Shown one piece after another: positions 18,924 through 29,113 of a stretch of DNA of 64,000 bases. Under the pieces are notes generated by a model. That model was not told the origin of the DNA. It was given only the letters and a program-made list of their open reading frames with translations, and ran no database searches. The position numbers and the translations under genes are program-made. The stretch comes from a virus, in the IMG/VR virus record IMGVR_UViG_3300028392_000053, positions 20,532-84,531 of that record, one strand, 5' to 3'. How positions within the stretch are numbered: position 1 is the first letter of the stretch; every line of letters begins with the position of its first letter.

Positions 18924-20734
18924 ATGGAATATATGGGTATCAAAATAGATTTGGAAAAAGATAAGCTATTTGATGAATTGGGTATAAAGCGATTGAAAGA
19001 ATCATACATGCGTGATGATGAAACTTCACCACAGCAGAGGTTTGCATATGTATCATCATCTTTCGGTTCCAATACAGAGCATTCTCAACGTTTGTATGAT
19101 TATGCCTCTAAACATTGGTTGAGTTATAGCACTCCAATCCTTTCTTACGGCCGGTCTAAGCGTGGGTTACCCATCTCATGCTTTCTTAACTACATTGAAG
19201 ATACTGCGGAGGGTCTAGTTGATAATCTTTCTGAAACTAATTGGCTGTCTATGTTTGGCGGTGGTGTTGGTATCGGTTTTGGCATACGTTCGGCGGATGA
19301 TAAATCTACTGGCGTTATGCCTCACCTCAAAATTTACGATGCCTCTAGTCTTGCGTATCGTCAAGGACGCACTCGCCGTGGCTCTTATGCTGCCTACCTT
19401 GATATTAGTCATCCTGATCTTATTCCGTTCTTAGAAATGCGTAAGCCAACGGGTGATCCAAATGTACGCTGTTTGAATCTACATCACGGTATCAACATCA
19501 CCGATGACTTCATGCAAATCATTGAAAAGTGTATGGTTGATCCTACCGCAAATGATGATTGGAAACTTGTTGACCCACATTCGGGTGAAGTTCGTGAAGT
19601 TGTATCAGCTAAACACCTCTGGCAACAAATTCTTGAACTACGTATGCACACAGGTGAGCCATACATTCACTATATCGACACATCGAATCGTGCATTGCCA
19701 CAGTGGTTAAAAAATAAAGGTCTGAAAGTACATCAATCAAACCTTTGCTCAGAAATCATTCTTCCCACAAATGAAGAACGCACTGCCGTTTGTTGTTTAT
19801 CTTCCGTAAATTTGGAGTATTATGATGATTGGAAAAATGAGTCACTTTTTCTTCGGGACATTGCGGAGATGCTTGATAACGTCCTACAGTATTTCATTGA
19901 TAATGCTCCTGATAGCATATCACGCGCAAGATATTCTGCTTCTCTGGAACGCTCTATTGGTGTTGGTGCCCTCGGCTTTCATGCATTACTTCAAAAGAAC
20001 AATGTTGCATTCGAAGGAGTGATGGCAAAAGTTTTAAATAACCAAATTTTTAAGCATATCAGGAGTAAATTGAATGAAGCGAATCTTCAACTCGGCACTG
20101 AACGTGGTGAAGCACCCGATGCCGTGGGCACTGGCAAGCGTTTTAGTCATCTTATGGCTATTGCTCCAAATGCTTCTTCGTCTATCATCATGGGAAATAC
20201 TAGCCCTTCTATCGAGCCTTATCGTGCTAATGCATACCGTCAGGACACTCTATCTGGCTCATTTCTGAATAAGAACCGTTGGCTTGATAAAGTTATTACA
20301 AAACATTTAGAACTTGATGGTGGCACCTGGACACCAAAAGGTGAAGAACTGTATCAACAAGTTTGGTCTTCCATTATTGCCAATGATGGTTCTGTACAAC
20401 ATCTTGATTGGATGGACGAAAATACAAAAGAAGTATTAAGACTTCTATGGAAATCGATCAACGTTGGGTAATTGAACATGCCGCAGACCGTCAAGTTTAT
20501 ATTGACCAAGCACAATCACTGAATGTTTTCTTCCGACCAGATTCTCACATCAAATATATACATGCTATTCACTTCTTAGCATGGAAAAAAGGAGTCAAAA
20601 CTATGTACTACCTACGTTCCGAAAAATTAGCAAAAGCCGATAAGGTGTCTAGACGTATTGAACGTGATGTAATTAAAGAACTTGATATGACTGCACTTGC
20701 AGAAGGTAATGATTGTATTGCTTGTGAAGGATGA
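18924..20734 (+). CDS. nrdA: ribonucleotide reductase class I alpha subunit, frameshifted near 20436
   Basis: PISCFL, SNLCSEI and IAPNASSS in the first frame; KTSMEIDQ...DQAQSLN...YYLRS...CIACEG in the second frame. Confidence 0.93.
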
Positions 20735-20740
20735 AATGTG

Positions 20741-20890
20741 ATGAGTTATATTGTTATTGGATTTTTATCGGCATTTGGTTGGTGGGGTGCTAATAAATTT
20801 GTCATTGAGCCCCACTTGGATCCTTATTTTAATAAAACAGAAATGAAAGAAAATGATGGAAAAGAAAACCTCATGGCTAGACAATTATGA
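20741..20890 (+). CDS. small membrane protein (49 aa)
   Basis: Manual translation MSYIVIGFLSAFGWWGANKFVIEP...; below the ORF-track cutoff. Confidence 0.45.
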   Translation: MSYIVIGFLSAFGWWGANKFVIEPHLDPYFNKTEMKENDGKENLMARQL

Positions 20891-20971
20891 AAGAATAATT
20901 GATAATATTACAAGAATTTTGTGGATCATTCTTCTTGTAATGTGGATTAACTCTGGATATTCTGTTTTTAA

Positions 20972-21634
20972 ATGAAAACTATAGCATTATTCCAAGACGA
21001 TAGATGTAAAGAATCATTATCTTGTGGTGATGGTGTGATTGAAGCATTATCTTCACATTATAATATTAAAATATTTAAGAAAGAAGAATGTACATCAAAA
21101 ACCTTTGGGAATGTTGATATGCTGGCATTTCCTGGAGGAATTGGTAGCGCAGATGATTATTTTCATATGTTTCCAAGAAGAAATGCAAATGCAGTAGCAA
21201 AGTTTGTTGAAAGTGGTGGTGCATATCTTGGCATATGTGTGGGTGCTTATTGGGCTGGTCCAAATTATTTTGATATACTAAAGGGTGCTGAACCTGTACA
21301 ATATATCAAAAGGCCAACCGCCGACATTATGAGAAGTTTTAACATTGCGGCTCATTGTATGTGGGAAGGAGAAGAAGAACAAATATTCTTCCGTGATGGT
21401 TGTACTTTTGTAGGAGACCTTAGTCATTCAGAAATAGTAAGCACATATTTTAATAAAGAACCAATGTGTATTGTTCAAGGTAAGATTGGTGTAATGGGTG
21501 CATGTTTAGATTCATTAGAGTGGTGGTATGATAACAAAACTCTAAAACAATACTGGCATGAGGGTAGGCACCACAAATTGTTATTGGAATTTGTTAATAA
21601 ATTGATGAAAAATACAAATACATTTAACATTTAA
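20972..21634 (+). CDS. BPL-N / class I glutamine amidotransferase-like protein
   Basis: FPGG and GGAYLGICVGAY nucleophile-elbow motif. Confidence 0.75.
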   Translation: MKTIALFQDDRCKESLSCGDGVIEALSSHYNIKIFKKEECTSKTFGNVDMLAFPGGIGSADDYFHMFPRRNANAVAKFVESGGAYLGICVGAYWAGPNYFDILKGAEPVQYIKRPTADIMRSFNIAAHCMWEGEEEQIFFRDGCTFVGDLSHSEIVSTYFNKEPMCIVQGKIGVMGACLDSLEWWYDNKTLKQYWHEGRHHKLLLEFVNKLMKNTNTFNI

Positions 21635-21641
21635 GGAAAAA

Positions 21642-22439
21642 ATGAAATATAAAAGCATATTCATTAGTGATGTGCATTTGGGTACAAAGGATTGTAAAGC
21701 AGAGTTATTAAACAATTTTTTGAAACACAATAAATGTGAAACGCTATATCTTGTGGGAGATATATTGGACGCATGGAAAATTCAACAAAATAACTGGCGC
21801 TGGAAACAAAGTCATACGAATGTTGTTAGGAGAATATTGGGACATGCCAAACGTGGAACAAGAGTGATTTATGTGGCAGGAAATCATGATGAATTCCTTA
21901 GAACATTAATACCTTATAATATAAGTTTTGGTAATGTGGAAATTGTAAATCAAAGCGAACATATTGGTGTAGATGGTAAGCATTATTTGGTCACGCATGG
22001 TGATTTGTTTGATGGTATTACTAGACTGGCACCTTGGTTAGCATTTTTAGGAGACAAAGCATATGATATCATTTTATCGATCAATAGTAAATATAATTGG
22101 ATACGCCATCGTTTTGGTTTTGGGTACTTTAGTCTTAGTCAGTATCTTAAAGCAAGAGTAAAGAAAGCTGTAGATTTTATTTTTCAATTTGAAAAAAACC
22201 TGGCAGGATATTGTAAAAAACGTGGATATGATGGAGTAATTTGTGGCCATATACATCACGCCGAAATTAAATATATAGATGATATTGTGTATATGAATGA
22301 CGGTGACTGGGTTGAATCGTGTACAGCACTTGTAGAACATAATGATGGTCGTTGGGAAATAGTAACTTGGACACAGGAGAAAACTAATGAAAGTACAGAA
22401 AATACTAATGAAGATGTATCAAGCGTGTTTCAACCATAA
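21642..22439 (+). CDS. metallophosphoesterase, LpxH/PlcP (phospholipase C) type
   Basis: SDVHLG, VGDILDAW, GNHDEFLR, HGDLFD, CGHIHH and NDGDWVESCTALVEH motifs. Confidence 0.85.
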   Translation: MKYKSIFISDVHLGTKDCKAELLNNFLKHNKCETLYLVGDILDAWKIQQNNWRWKQSHTNVVRRILGHAKRGTRVIYVAGNHDEFLRTLIPYNISFGNVEIVNQSEHIGVDGKHYLVTHGDLFDGITRLAPWLAFLGDKAYDIILSINSKYNWIRHRFGFGYFSLSQYLKARVKKAVDFIFQFEKNLAGYCKKRGYDGVICGHIHHAEIKYIDDIVYMNDGDWVESCTALVEHNDGRWEIVTWTQEKTNESTENTNEDVSSVFQP

Positions 22440-22504
22440 TAAAGTTGAAGAAAAAAGATTGTGGTTGAAAGCATTAAAAAAATCATTGAAGCACAAAAAT
22501 ACAT

Positions 22505-23215
22505 ATGCCATTAGGTAATAAAATTACAATTGTTATTCCATGTAAGAATGAGGAAAATTACATCTCATACCTGCTGGAAAATTTAAAAGAACAAAACATC
22601 GACAATACAAAAATAATTATTGCTGATTGTTCTACTGATAACACCAGGAAAATCATCGAAGAAAACAAAGGTGAATTGAATGTTGAAATTATTGAAGGCG
22701 GTACAGTTTCTATTGCTAAAAATAACGGTTCTAAATTAGTAACAACACCTTATATACTATTCATTGATAGTGATGTTAGATTTTTTTCAGATGCAGTTAT
22801 AAATGATTGTGTACAAGAAATGGAAAATAAACAGTTGGATTTAATTGGTTTAAAAATAAAATGTTACGATAAAAACAAACGGACTCAAATTGGTTTCATA
22901 TTATTTAATATGATTAATAATATTATGAAATATAAAGTTCCCTTTGCAGTCGGCGCTTTCATGTTGACTAGAACAGATAAATTTAATGAGTTTGGTGGCT
23001 TTTCTGAAAAATATCAAACAAGTGAGGACTTCTTTTTATCTAAGAAATACGATATTAAAAAGTTTAAATTAATGCATCATTATTTTGGACAAGATAGCAG
23101 GAGATTTGAGATAATGGGATATACAGGAATGGCTTGGTATCTGATTAAGAATTTTTGGAACAGAAATAATAAAGAATATTGGAATAACTTAGACTACTCC
23201 AAATATTGGAAATAA
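22505..23215 (+). CDS. glycosyltransferase family 2
   Basis: IVIPCKNEE, DCSTD, FIDSD, GAFML, GGF and EDFFLS motifs. Confidence 0.85.
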   Translation: MPLGNKITIVIPCKNEENYISYLLENLKEQNIDNTKIIIADCSTDNTRKIIEENKGELNVEIIEGGTVSIAKNNGSKLVTTPYILFIDSDVRFFSDAVINDCVQEMENKQLDLIGLKIKCYDKNKRTQIGFILFNMINNIMKYKVPFAVGAFMLTRTDKFNEFGGFSEKYQTSEDFFLSKKYDIKKFKLMHHYFGQDSRRFEIMGYTGMAWYLIKNFWNRNNKEYWNNLDYSKYWK

Positions 23216-23230
23216 CTTAAGGAAAAAAGA

Positions 23231-23668
23231 ATGAAAATAATAATAGCAATAATCCTAGCACTTTGTATTTCACCAGCATTTGCTCAAAAGGAAAAAAGTG
23301 GTGTAACTTATGATGTGGTATTGACAAGAGTTATAGATGGTGATACAATAGCATTCCAAGCCAATTGGTTACCTGATCCGTTGAAGAAGGAACTAAGTCT
23401 CCGTGTCTTTGGTGTTGATACACCAGAAAAAGGATTCCGTGCAAAGTGTCCAAGTGAAGATGCCCGTGGCCAAGCGGCCTCAGCTTTCACTAAAGCACAA
23501 ATTAGTGCATCACAAAAACGACAGATTATTTTGATGGATTGGGATAAGTATGGCGGCCGAGTATTAGGTGACTTGATACTTGATGGTAAGAGTTTAAGGC
23601 AAATGTTAATAGCAAATGGTTACGCACGTGAATATTACGGCGAAGCCAAAACCCCATGGTGCGAATGA
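23231..23668 (+). CDS. secreted thermonuclease (SNase-like)
   Basis: Signal peptide; RVIDGDT, GVDTPEK and DKYGGRVLG motifs. Confidence 0.85.
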   Translation: MKIIIAIILALCISPAFAQKEKSGVTYDVVLTRVIDGDTIAFQANWLPDPLKKELSLRVFGVDTPEKGFRAKCPSEDARGQAASAFTKAQISASQKRQIILMDWDKYGGRVLGDLILDGKSLRQMLIANGYAREYYGEAKTPWCE

Positions 23669-23669
23669 T

Positions 23670-23915
23670 ATGAAAAGAATTTTAAGATTTACGGCATCTT
23701 GGTGCCAACCTTGCAAATCAATGGCAATGATACTGGAAGAATGTAATACAAATCTTCCTATTGAAGTTATTGATATTGACATCCATACAGAATTGGCAGT
23801 GGAATATGGAATTCGCTCGGTTCCGACATTGGTCATCCTCGATGGAAATGTTGAAGTTAAACGAATGACTGGTTTGGTAACAAAAGAAAATTTGAAGAAT
23901 TGGATTGAAGCATGA
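23670..23915 (+). CDS. thioredoxin
   Basis: WCQPC active site and RSVPT cis-Pro motif. Confidence 0.9.
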   Translation: MKRILRFTASWCQPCKSMAMILEECNTNLPIEVIDIDIHTELAVEYGIRSVPTLVILDGNVEVKRMTGLVTKENLKNWIEA

Positions 23916-24895
23916 TTAAGAAAATTGCTTCCAGACTAACTGATGAAAGAAACAGTTTTAAACCTTTTAATTATCCTTGGGCATATGATGCGTGGCTTAA
24001 GCATGAACAGTCTCATTGGCTTCATACAGAAGTTCCAATGTCGGAAGATGTAAAAGATTGGAAGAAAAAATTATCCGATGAAGAAAAACAATTCCTTACA
24101 AATATCTTCCGCTTTTTTACTCAAGGTGATATTGACGTTGCTGGTGGTTATGTCAAAAACTATCTTCCTTATTTTCCACAACCTGAAGTGCGTATGATGT
24201 TATTGGGTTTTGCGGCACGTGAAGCACTTCATATTGCCGCATACTCACACTTGATTGAAACATTGGGTTTACCCGAAACAACATACAATCAATTCTTGGA
24301 TTATCAAGAAATGAAAGATAAGCATGATTATGTAATGGACATTTCCGATAAAAATGGAACAAAAGAAAATACTGCACGCCATATTGCCGTGTTCAGTGCA
24401 TTTACTGAAGGTATGCAGTTATTTTCATCTTTTGTAATGTTGTTGAATTTCCCACGTACCGGTAAAATGAAAGGTATGGGTCAAATTGTTACTTGGTCTA
24501 TTGTTGATGAGACAATGCATGCCGAGAATATGATGAAATTATTTAAAACATACATAAGCGAGAATCAAGAAATATGGAACGATGAACTAAAATCATCCAT
24601 CTATACCATTGCTGAACGCATGGTTGAACTAGAAGATAAATTTATCGATTTGTCATTTGGTATCAATGAGATGGAAGGTCTAACAAAAGATGAATTGAAA
24701 AAATACATCCGTTATATCGCCGACCGTAGATTGATTGGTTTAGGTATGAAGGGTATCTTTAAAGTTAAACGCAATCCACTACCATGGGTTGAGGAAATGA
24801 TTAATGCACCCACTCATACCAACTTTTTTGAAAATCGTGCAACAGACTATGCCAAAGGTGCCACATCAGGAAACTGGGGTGACGTTTGGGCATGA
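23912..24895 (+). CDS. nrdB: ribonucleotide reductase class I beta subunit
   Basis: FFTQGD, EALHIAAY, EGMQLFSSF, DETMH and NFFENRATDY motifs. Confidence 0.95.
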   Translation: MIKKIASRLTDERNSFKPFNYPWAYDAWLKHEQSHWLHTEVPMSEDVKDWKKKLSDEEKQFLTNIFRFFTQGDIDVAGGYVKNYLPYFPQPEVRMMLLGFAAREALHIAAYSHLIETLGLPETTYNQFLDYQEMKDKHDYVMDISDKNGTKENTARHIAVFSAFTEGMQLFSSFVMLLNFPRTGKMKGMGQIVTWSIVDETMHAENMMKLFKTYISENQEIWNDELKSSIYTIAERMVELEDKFIDLSFGINEMEGLTKDELKKYIRYIADRRLIGLGMKGIFKVKRNPLPWVEEMINAPTHTNFFENRATDYAKGATSGNWGDVWA

Positions 24896-24912
24896 AATAA
24901 TAAGGATTAAAA

Positions 24913-25101
24913 ATGTCTGAAAAAATTACAACAGCCGAATGTGATAACTGTGAATCAATGTGTGAAATTGCGTTTGATGAAGATTATGTGTCTGATGAAT
25001 CTCCCACCTTTTGCCCATTCTGTGGTGAAAGAATTGAAGTCCTAAAAGAAGAATATATAGAGGATGATGACTTCAATGAGAACGAGGAATGGGACAAATA
25101 A
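24913..25101 (+). CDS. small zinc-ribbon acidic protein
   Basis: CDNC...CPFCG with an acidic tail. Confidence 0.6.
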   Translation: MSEKITTAECDNCESMCEIAFDEDYVSDESPTFCPFCGERIEVLKEEYIEDDDFNENEEWDK

Positions 25102-25529
25102 ATTGGCAATATGACAATAAAGATTTTACAGAAAATGATATAGGTGATAATTATGGATTCGTCTATGTTATCACCCATTTAAATACAGATAGAATGTATA
25201 TTGGTAAAAAGTTTTTTTACTCTATGAAAACGAAAGTTCTCAAAGGTAAAAAGAAAAGGTATAAAATATCATCAGACTGGCAAACTTATTACGGATCTAG
25301 TGCCGAGTTGCAAAATGATGTTATAATACATGGAAAAGAAAACTTCAAAAGAGAAATCTTACACCTATGTAAATCAAAAGGTGAATGTGGTTATCTAGAA
25401 GCTAAAGAGCAGTTTGATCGTAGTGTATTGGAGTCTAATAATTACTACAATGCATGGATTATGGTTAAAGTGAGAAAGTCACACATTAAGGCATTCAATG
25501 AGAGAATTCTTACAACAATTAAAGAATAA
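25089..25529 (+). CDS. GIY-YIG endonuclease
   Basis: GFVYVIT...MYIGKK, YYGSS, FKREIL and YYN motifs. Confidence 0.8.
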   Translation: MGQINWQYDNKDFTENDIGDNYGFVYVITHLNTDRMYIGKKFFYSMKTKVLKGKKKRYKISSDWQTYYGSSAELQNDVIIHGKENFKREILHLCKSKGECGYLEAKEQFDRSVLESNNYYNAWIMVKVRKSHIKAFNERILTTIKE

Positions 25530-25875
25530 TGATTTTGATGGAATTAATTTCTATCGAAATGATGATGGAGATTTGGAATTCTCGCAATTTCAGTTTAAAG
25601 ATCCGGGTGAAAAAATTGGTGGAACTGAATTGGGTGATTACTTTGATATTATCATTGTACAAGAAGATCCACCAAAAATGCCAGAACGCTTTCAAGCAAT
25701 ATTGATTTCACCAATAGATTATGTTGATAGAATGTCCGAAGATGGTTTTTATGGTGTCGTTACAAAATTCACCACAACATCAAAAGAAATTATGGATGAT
25801 ATTATGGTTAATATGGAAGATGAGAGTTTTGAATATATTAAAGATTATGAAAAGGAAATGAAAAATGTTCGATAA
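25498..25875 (+). CDS. hypothetical acidic protein
   Basis: ORF overlapping both neighbours in the operon. Confidence 0.55.
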   Translation: MREFLQQLKNNDFDGINFYRNDDGDLEFSQFQFKDPGEKIGGTELGDYFDIIIVQEDPPKMPERFQAILISPIDYVDRMSEDGFYGVVTKFTTTSKEIMDDIMVNMEDESFEYIKDYEKEMKNVR

Positions 25876-26146
25876 GTATGAATTGAAAGAGATTTTAACA
25901 AATAGTGTATCCACAGTTGTGTTTACTAAAATTGACGGTACCGAACGTGAATTGAAGTGTACACTTTTACCGGAATATTTACCCGCAAAACCTGTTGTAG
26001 AGGGGCAACAACTTTTGACGGAGAACTTGCCAAGAGCAGAGAATCCTAGTACACTAGCAGTATGGGATATGGAAAGTAACGGCTGGCGTTCTTTCCGAAC
26101 CGATTCTGTTAAGGCTGTAATTACACATGAGACACGCATCAGTTAA
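25865..26146 (+). CDS. WYL-like / Sm-like SH3 beta-barrel protein (DUF2693-like)
   Basis: VFTKIDGTERELKCTL...VWDMESNGWRSFR motif. Confidence 0.75.
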   Translation: MFDKYELKEILTNSVSTVVFTKIDGTERELKCTLLPEYLPAKPVVEGQQLLTENLPRAENPSTLAVWDMESNGWRSFRTDSVKAVITHETRIS

Positions 26147-27218
26147 AGATTTTGAAAAAGCACTGTCTGGTGGAGAACCAACTTGGAAAAATGGCCAAGA
26201 ATCACTATCAGCCGCTTTAAATTGGTATAACACACATTCTGATTATAAAGAAAGTAAAAAATTTACACTTTCTTATCTTAAAGAAATTGGTGCATCTAAA
26301 AAAGAAATCGAAGAAATCGAAAAGGTTTATGAAAACCATTTTCAAAATTTAGGTTTCATTTGCCGAATGAAACTGCGTGGCGCACCAATCACGGAAAAAC
26401 AAGAAATGTGGATTTCCACTTTCATTGAAAAATTAAAAGGTAAAGTACCTGCACCAAAAAAGATTGAAAATACTGAAGTTAAAGTAGTTTCAATCCAAGA
26501 ACGTGTAGCAGAAAAAACACGTGATTACATAGGTGAGATAGAAGGTGCAATCGATGATTGTTTCTATTTGAGAGAATTCAAAAATGTTTTTGATCCTTAT
26601 GAATTGATGCGTTCTTTAGAAATCAAAGGCGCACACACAAAATATATTGTGCCAGTTTATGAGAAAAAACTAAAAGAAATTGAAATTGTCATTAAAGGTA
26701 AAGATGAGCAACTTGTTGAAGGTTATTCCTTTCTTTCCAAAAAACAATTAAAAGACTATGCTTCACTTTTAAAATGCATCATTGATGATTGTGGAAGAAT
26801 TGCACATACTGCAAAACTTACACGTGCGCCTAGGAAGAAAAAAGTCAAACCTGTTGATAAGGTGATTGAAAAGTTGCAATTCAAAAAGGAAGACAATGAG
26901 TATAAGACTGCTTCTATTAATCCTGTTGATATTATTGGCGCTTCACAGTTGTGGATTTTCAATACAAAAACCCGAAAACTTGGATGCTACAATGCAACGG
27001 ATTCTGGTGGATTGAATATCAAAGGTACAACACTTACCAATTTCAATGAAGAAACTTCAGTACACAAAACAATCCGTAAACCAGAAGTTGTTTTACCTGC
27101 AACACTGAAAGCTGGTAAAGTTGCACTACGGAAAGTGCTTCCCGACATTAATGCAGTCGAACAGGCCTTGACAGGTCGTATTAATTCTGATACAATATTA
27201 CTCAGAGTAATTAAATAA
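26127..27218 (+). CDS. conserved T4-like hypothetical protein
   Basis: SIQERV...GEIEG, INPVDIIGA.QLWIFNTKTRKL and GRINSDTILLR; sits upstream of rnh. Confidence 0.65.
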   Translation: MRHASVKDFEKALSGGEPTWKNGQESLSAALNWYNTHSDYKESKKFTLSYLKEIGASKKEIEEIEKVYENHFQNLGFICRMKLRGAPITEKQEMWISTFIEKLKGKVPAPKKIENTEVKVVSIQERVAEKTRDYIGEIEGAIDDCFYLREFKNVFDPYELMRSLEIKGAHTKYIVPVYEKKLKEIEIVIKGKDEQLVEGYSFLSKKQLKDYASLLKCIIDDCGRIAHTAKLTRAPRKKKVKPVDKVIEKLQFKKEDNEYKTASINPVDIIGASQLWIFNTKTRKLGCYNATDSGGLNIKGTTLTNFNEETSVHKTIRKPEVVLPATLKAGKVALRKVLPDINAVEQALTGRINSDTILLRVIK

Positions 27219-27226
27219 GGTATATT

Positions 27227-28078
27227 ATGATTCTTGTTGACTTAAACCAGGTTTTACTGGCAGGTCTTATGGTCCAAATTTCTGGCCAGAAAAATGTAAA
27301 ACTCGAAGAAGATTTAATTCGACACCTTGCATTGAATATCCTACGTGGTCATATTAAACAATTTCGCCATGAATATGGTGAAGTTGTACTATGCTGTGAC
27401 AATAAAAAATATTGGCGCAAAGAATTCTTTCCATTCTACAAAGCTGGACGTAAAAAGACACGTGAAAAGTCCGATTTAGACTGGCACCTGATTTTTGACA
27501 TTCTTGGTAAAATCAAACAAGAACTTAAAGACAATTTCCCATATCGTGTTATTGATGTTGATGGTGCAGAAGCCGATGATATTATTGGAACACTTACACC
27601 AATTTATTCAAAAACTGAGAAAGTGTTGATTCTCTCAAGTGATGGTGACTTCTTACAACTTCAAATGTGGGGTAAGAATGTTAAGCAATATAATCCAACA
27701 CAAAAGAAATTTCTTACTTCTAAAAATCCATTAGAAGAACTAAAGGCGAAGATTATTGGCGGTGACCGTGGTGATGGTATTCCAAATATTCTTTCACCGG
27801 GAGACACCTTTGTCCGAGAAATCCGTCAAAAGGTTATGACTGAAGCTAGGTTGACAACTTTCATGTCTGCAAACTATGGTGAATATGAAGATGAAACTGC
27901 ACGTATTGGTTATTCGAGAAACCAGACTTTAATTGACCTCCGTCTAATTCCGGGTGAAATTAAAAATTCAATTATTGATACATATAATAATACAACGCCG
28001 GCCACTCGCTCTAAGTTAATACCTTATTTCATGGCCAAGAGACTTAAAAATTTGATGGATGTAATAGAGGAATTCTAA
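27227..28078 (+). CDS. rnh: T4-type RNase H (5'-3' exonuclease)
   Basis: LVDLNQ, WRKEFFPFYKAGR, EADDIIG, SSDGDFLQL and GDRGDGIPN motifs. Confidence 0.92.
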   Translation: MILVDLNQVLLAGLMVQISGQKNVKLEEDLIRHLALNILRGHIKQFRHEYGEVVLCCDNKKYWRKEFFPFYKAGRKKTREKSDLDWHLIFDILGKIKQELKDNFPYRVIDVDGAEADDIIGTLTPIYSKTEKVLILSSDGDFLQLQMWGKNVKQYNPTQKKFLTSKNPLEELKAKIIGGDRGDGIPNILSPGDTFVREIRQKVMTEARLTTFMSANYGEYEDETARIGYSRNQTLIDLRLIPGEIKNSIIDTYNNTTPATRSKLIPYFMAKRLKNLMDVIEEF

Positions 28079-28500
28079 TGAGAAAAAATGTTTATGAAGT
28101 GTTTGATGAATTTGAAAAAGCAGATTCGAAACAAGATAAGATTAATGTACTTGCCAACAATTGGACACCAACAGTAAAATTGGTACTTCAATTGGCATAT
28201 CGACCTGAAATGGAATGGAAGTTTAAGGATTATCCAAAAAGATATAAGAAACCGGATACAAAACCCGGAATCTCTTATGCCACACTTGATACTGAACTTA
28301 AACGACTTTATATGTTTCGTGTTGGTAATGAAACCGCCGAGAAGTTGACAGAAAAACGTGCAGAAGAAATTCTCATGGTTTTATTGGAATCTCTTGAACC
28401 CCTTGAAGCGGATGTTGTTATTGGAATTTTTAAGAAAGATTTGGGTGTTAAAGGATTGACATATAAGTTTATCCGTGATAACATTCCTGATGTATTATAA
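28078..28500 (+). CDS. conserved T4-like hypothetical protein (DUF6433-like)
   Basis: LLESLEPLEA motif; position directly after rnh. Confidence 0.6.
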   Translation: MRKNVYEVFDEFEKADSKQDKINVLANNWTPTVKLVLQLAYRPEMEWKFKDYPKRYKKPDTKPGISYATLDTELKRLYMFRVGNETAEKLTEKRAEEILMVLLESLEPLEADVVIGIFKKDLGVKGLTYKFIRDNIPDVL

Positions 28501-28517
28501 ACAAACGGAGAAAAAAA

Positions 28518-28703
28518 GTGGGAAAATTTGTTCCTAAGTTTCGTCCATTTGATGATGAATATTCGAGTGAATATAATTCATCAAAGGAATTTAATAAAAA
28601 TAAGAAGCGTAAAAAAGAAGTTACAGAGTTACGAAGGATGCGCCAGCGTCAACATGATGATAACGATTATGGTTTTTTAGAAAAACGTTACACTAAGTTG
28701 TAA
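28518..28703 (+). CDS. hypothetical basic protein
   Basis: GTG start after a GGAG RBS. Confidence 0.5.
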   Translation: MGKFVPKFRPFDDEYSSEYNSSKEFNKNKKRKKEVTELRRMRQRQHDDNDYGFLEKRYTKL

Positions 28704-28748
28704 AAAAACAACAAACCTCTTGACTTTTATCTTTAAATCGATTATAAT
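28696..28748 (+). promoter_or_regulatory. early promoter with upstream GTTG-N8-CAAC operator
   Basis: AGTTG-TAAAAAAA-CAACA, 6 bp gap, then TTGACT-N17-TATAAT. Confidence 0.75.
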
Positions 28749-28775
28749 AGGGATATTCGATCTTGGAGATATATT

Positions 28776-29111
28776 ATGATGATATACATTAGAACTGGAA
28801 AATCCAAACCCAAACTCAAGCCTAAAAAAGAGCGTGAGGAATATGAGGCTTGGTTAGCTAAACACCAGATTCCAATTACTAAAAAGGTGATGCCGAGTGT
28901 CCAACCGTGGCCATATACATTATCGGGTTCTATTCGTGAAACCAGAAAAATTCCATCGTTAAATTCTTCAGTGATGGATGGCGGAACTGTTAAACCTAAA
29001 CATTTTTACACAGGTGATAAAATGCTAGGTATTGGAACTCTACATAAGTCTAATGCTGTTCCTGTTTTTTCTGTTGAAGAAGCACAAGATATGGCAAAAA
29101 TGCGGAGATAA
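28776..29111 (+). CDS. conserved phage hypothetical protein
   Basis: YTGDKMLGIGTLHKSNAVPVFS...MRR motif. Confidence 0.65.
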   Translation: MMIYIRTGKSKPKLKPKKEREEYEAWLAKHQIPITKKVMPSVQPWPYTLSGSIRETRKIPSLNSSVMDGGTVKPKHFYTGDKMLGIGTLHKSNAVPVFSVEEAQDMAKMRR

Positions 29112-29113
29112 AA

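Noticed and set aside
18924-20734. Intron or intein splitting nrdA
   Set aside because: The two frames overlap with no inserted sequence; a one-base indel explains the split
25089-25529. Mobile homing endonuclease
   Set aside because: Only the short GIY-YIG catalytic domain, with no DNA-binding extension or intron context; more likely a core nuclease
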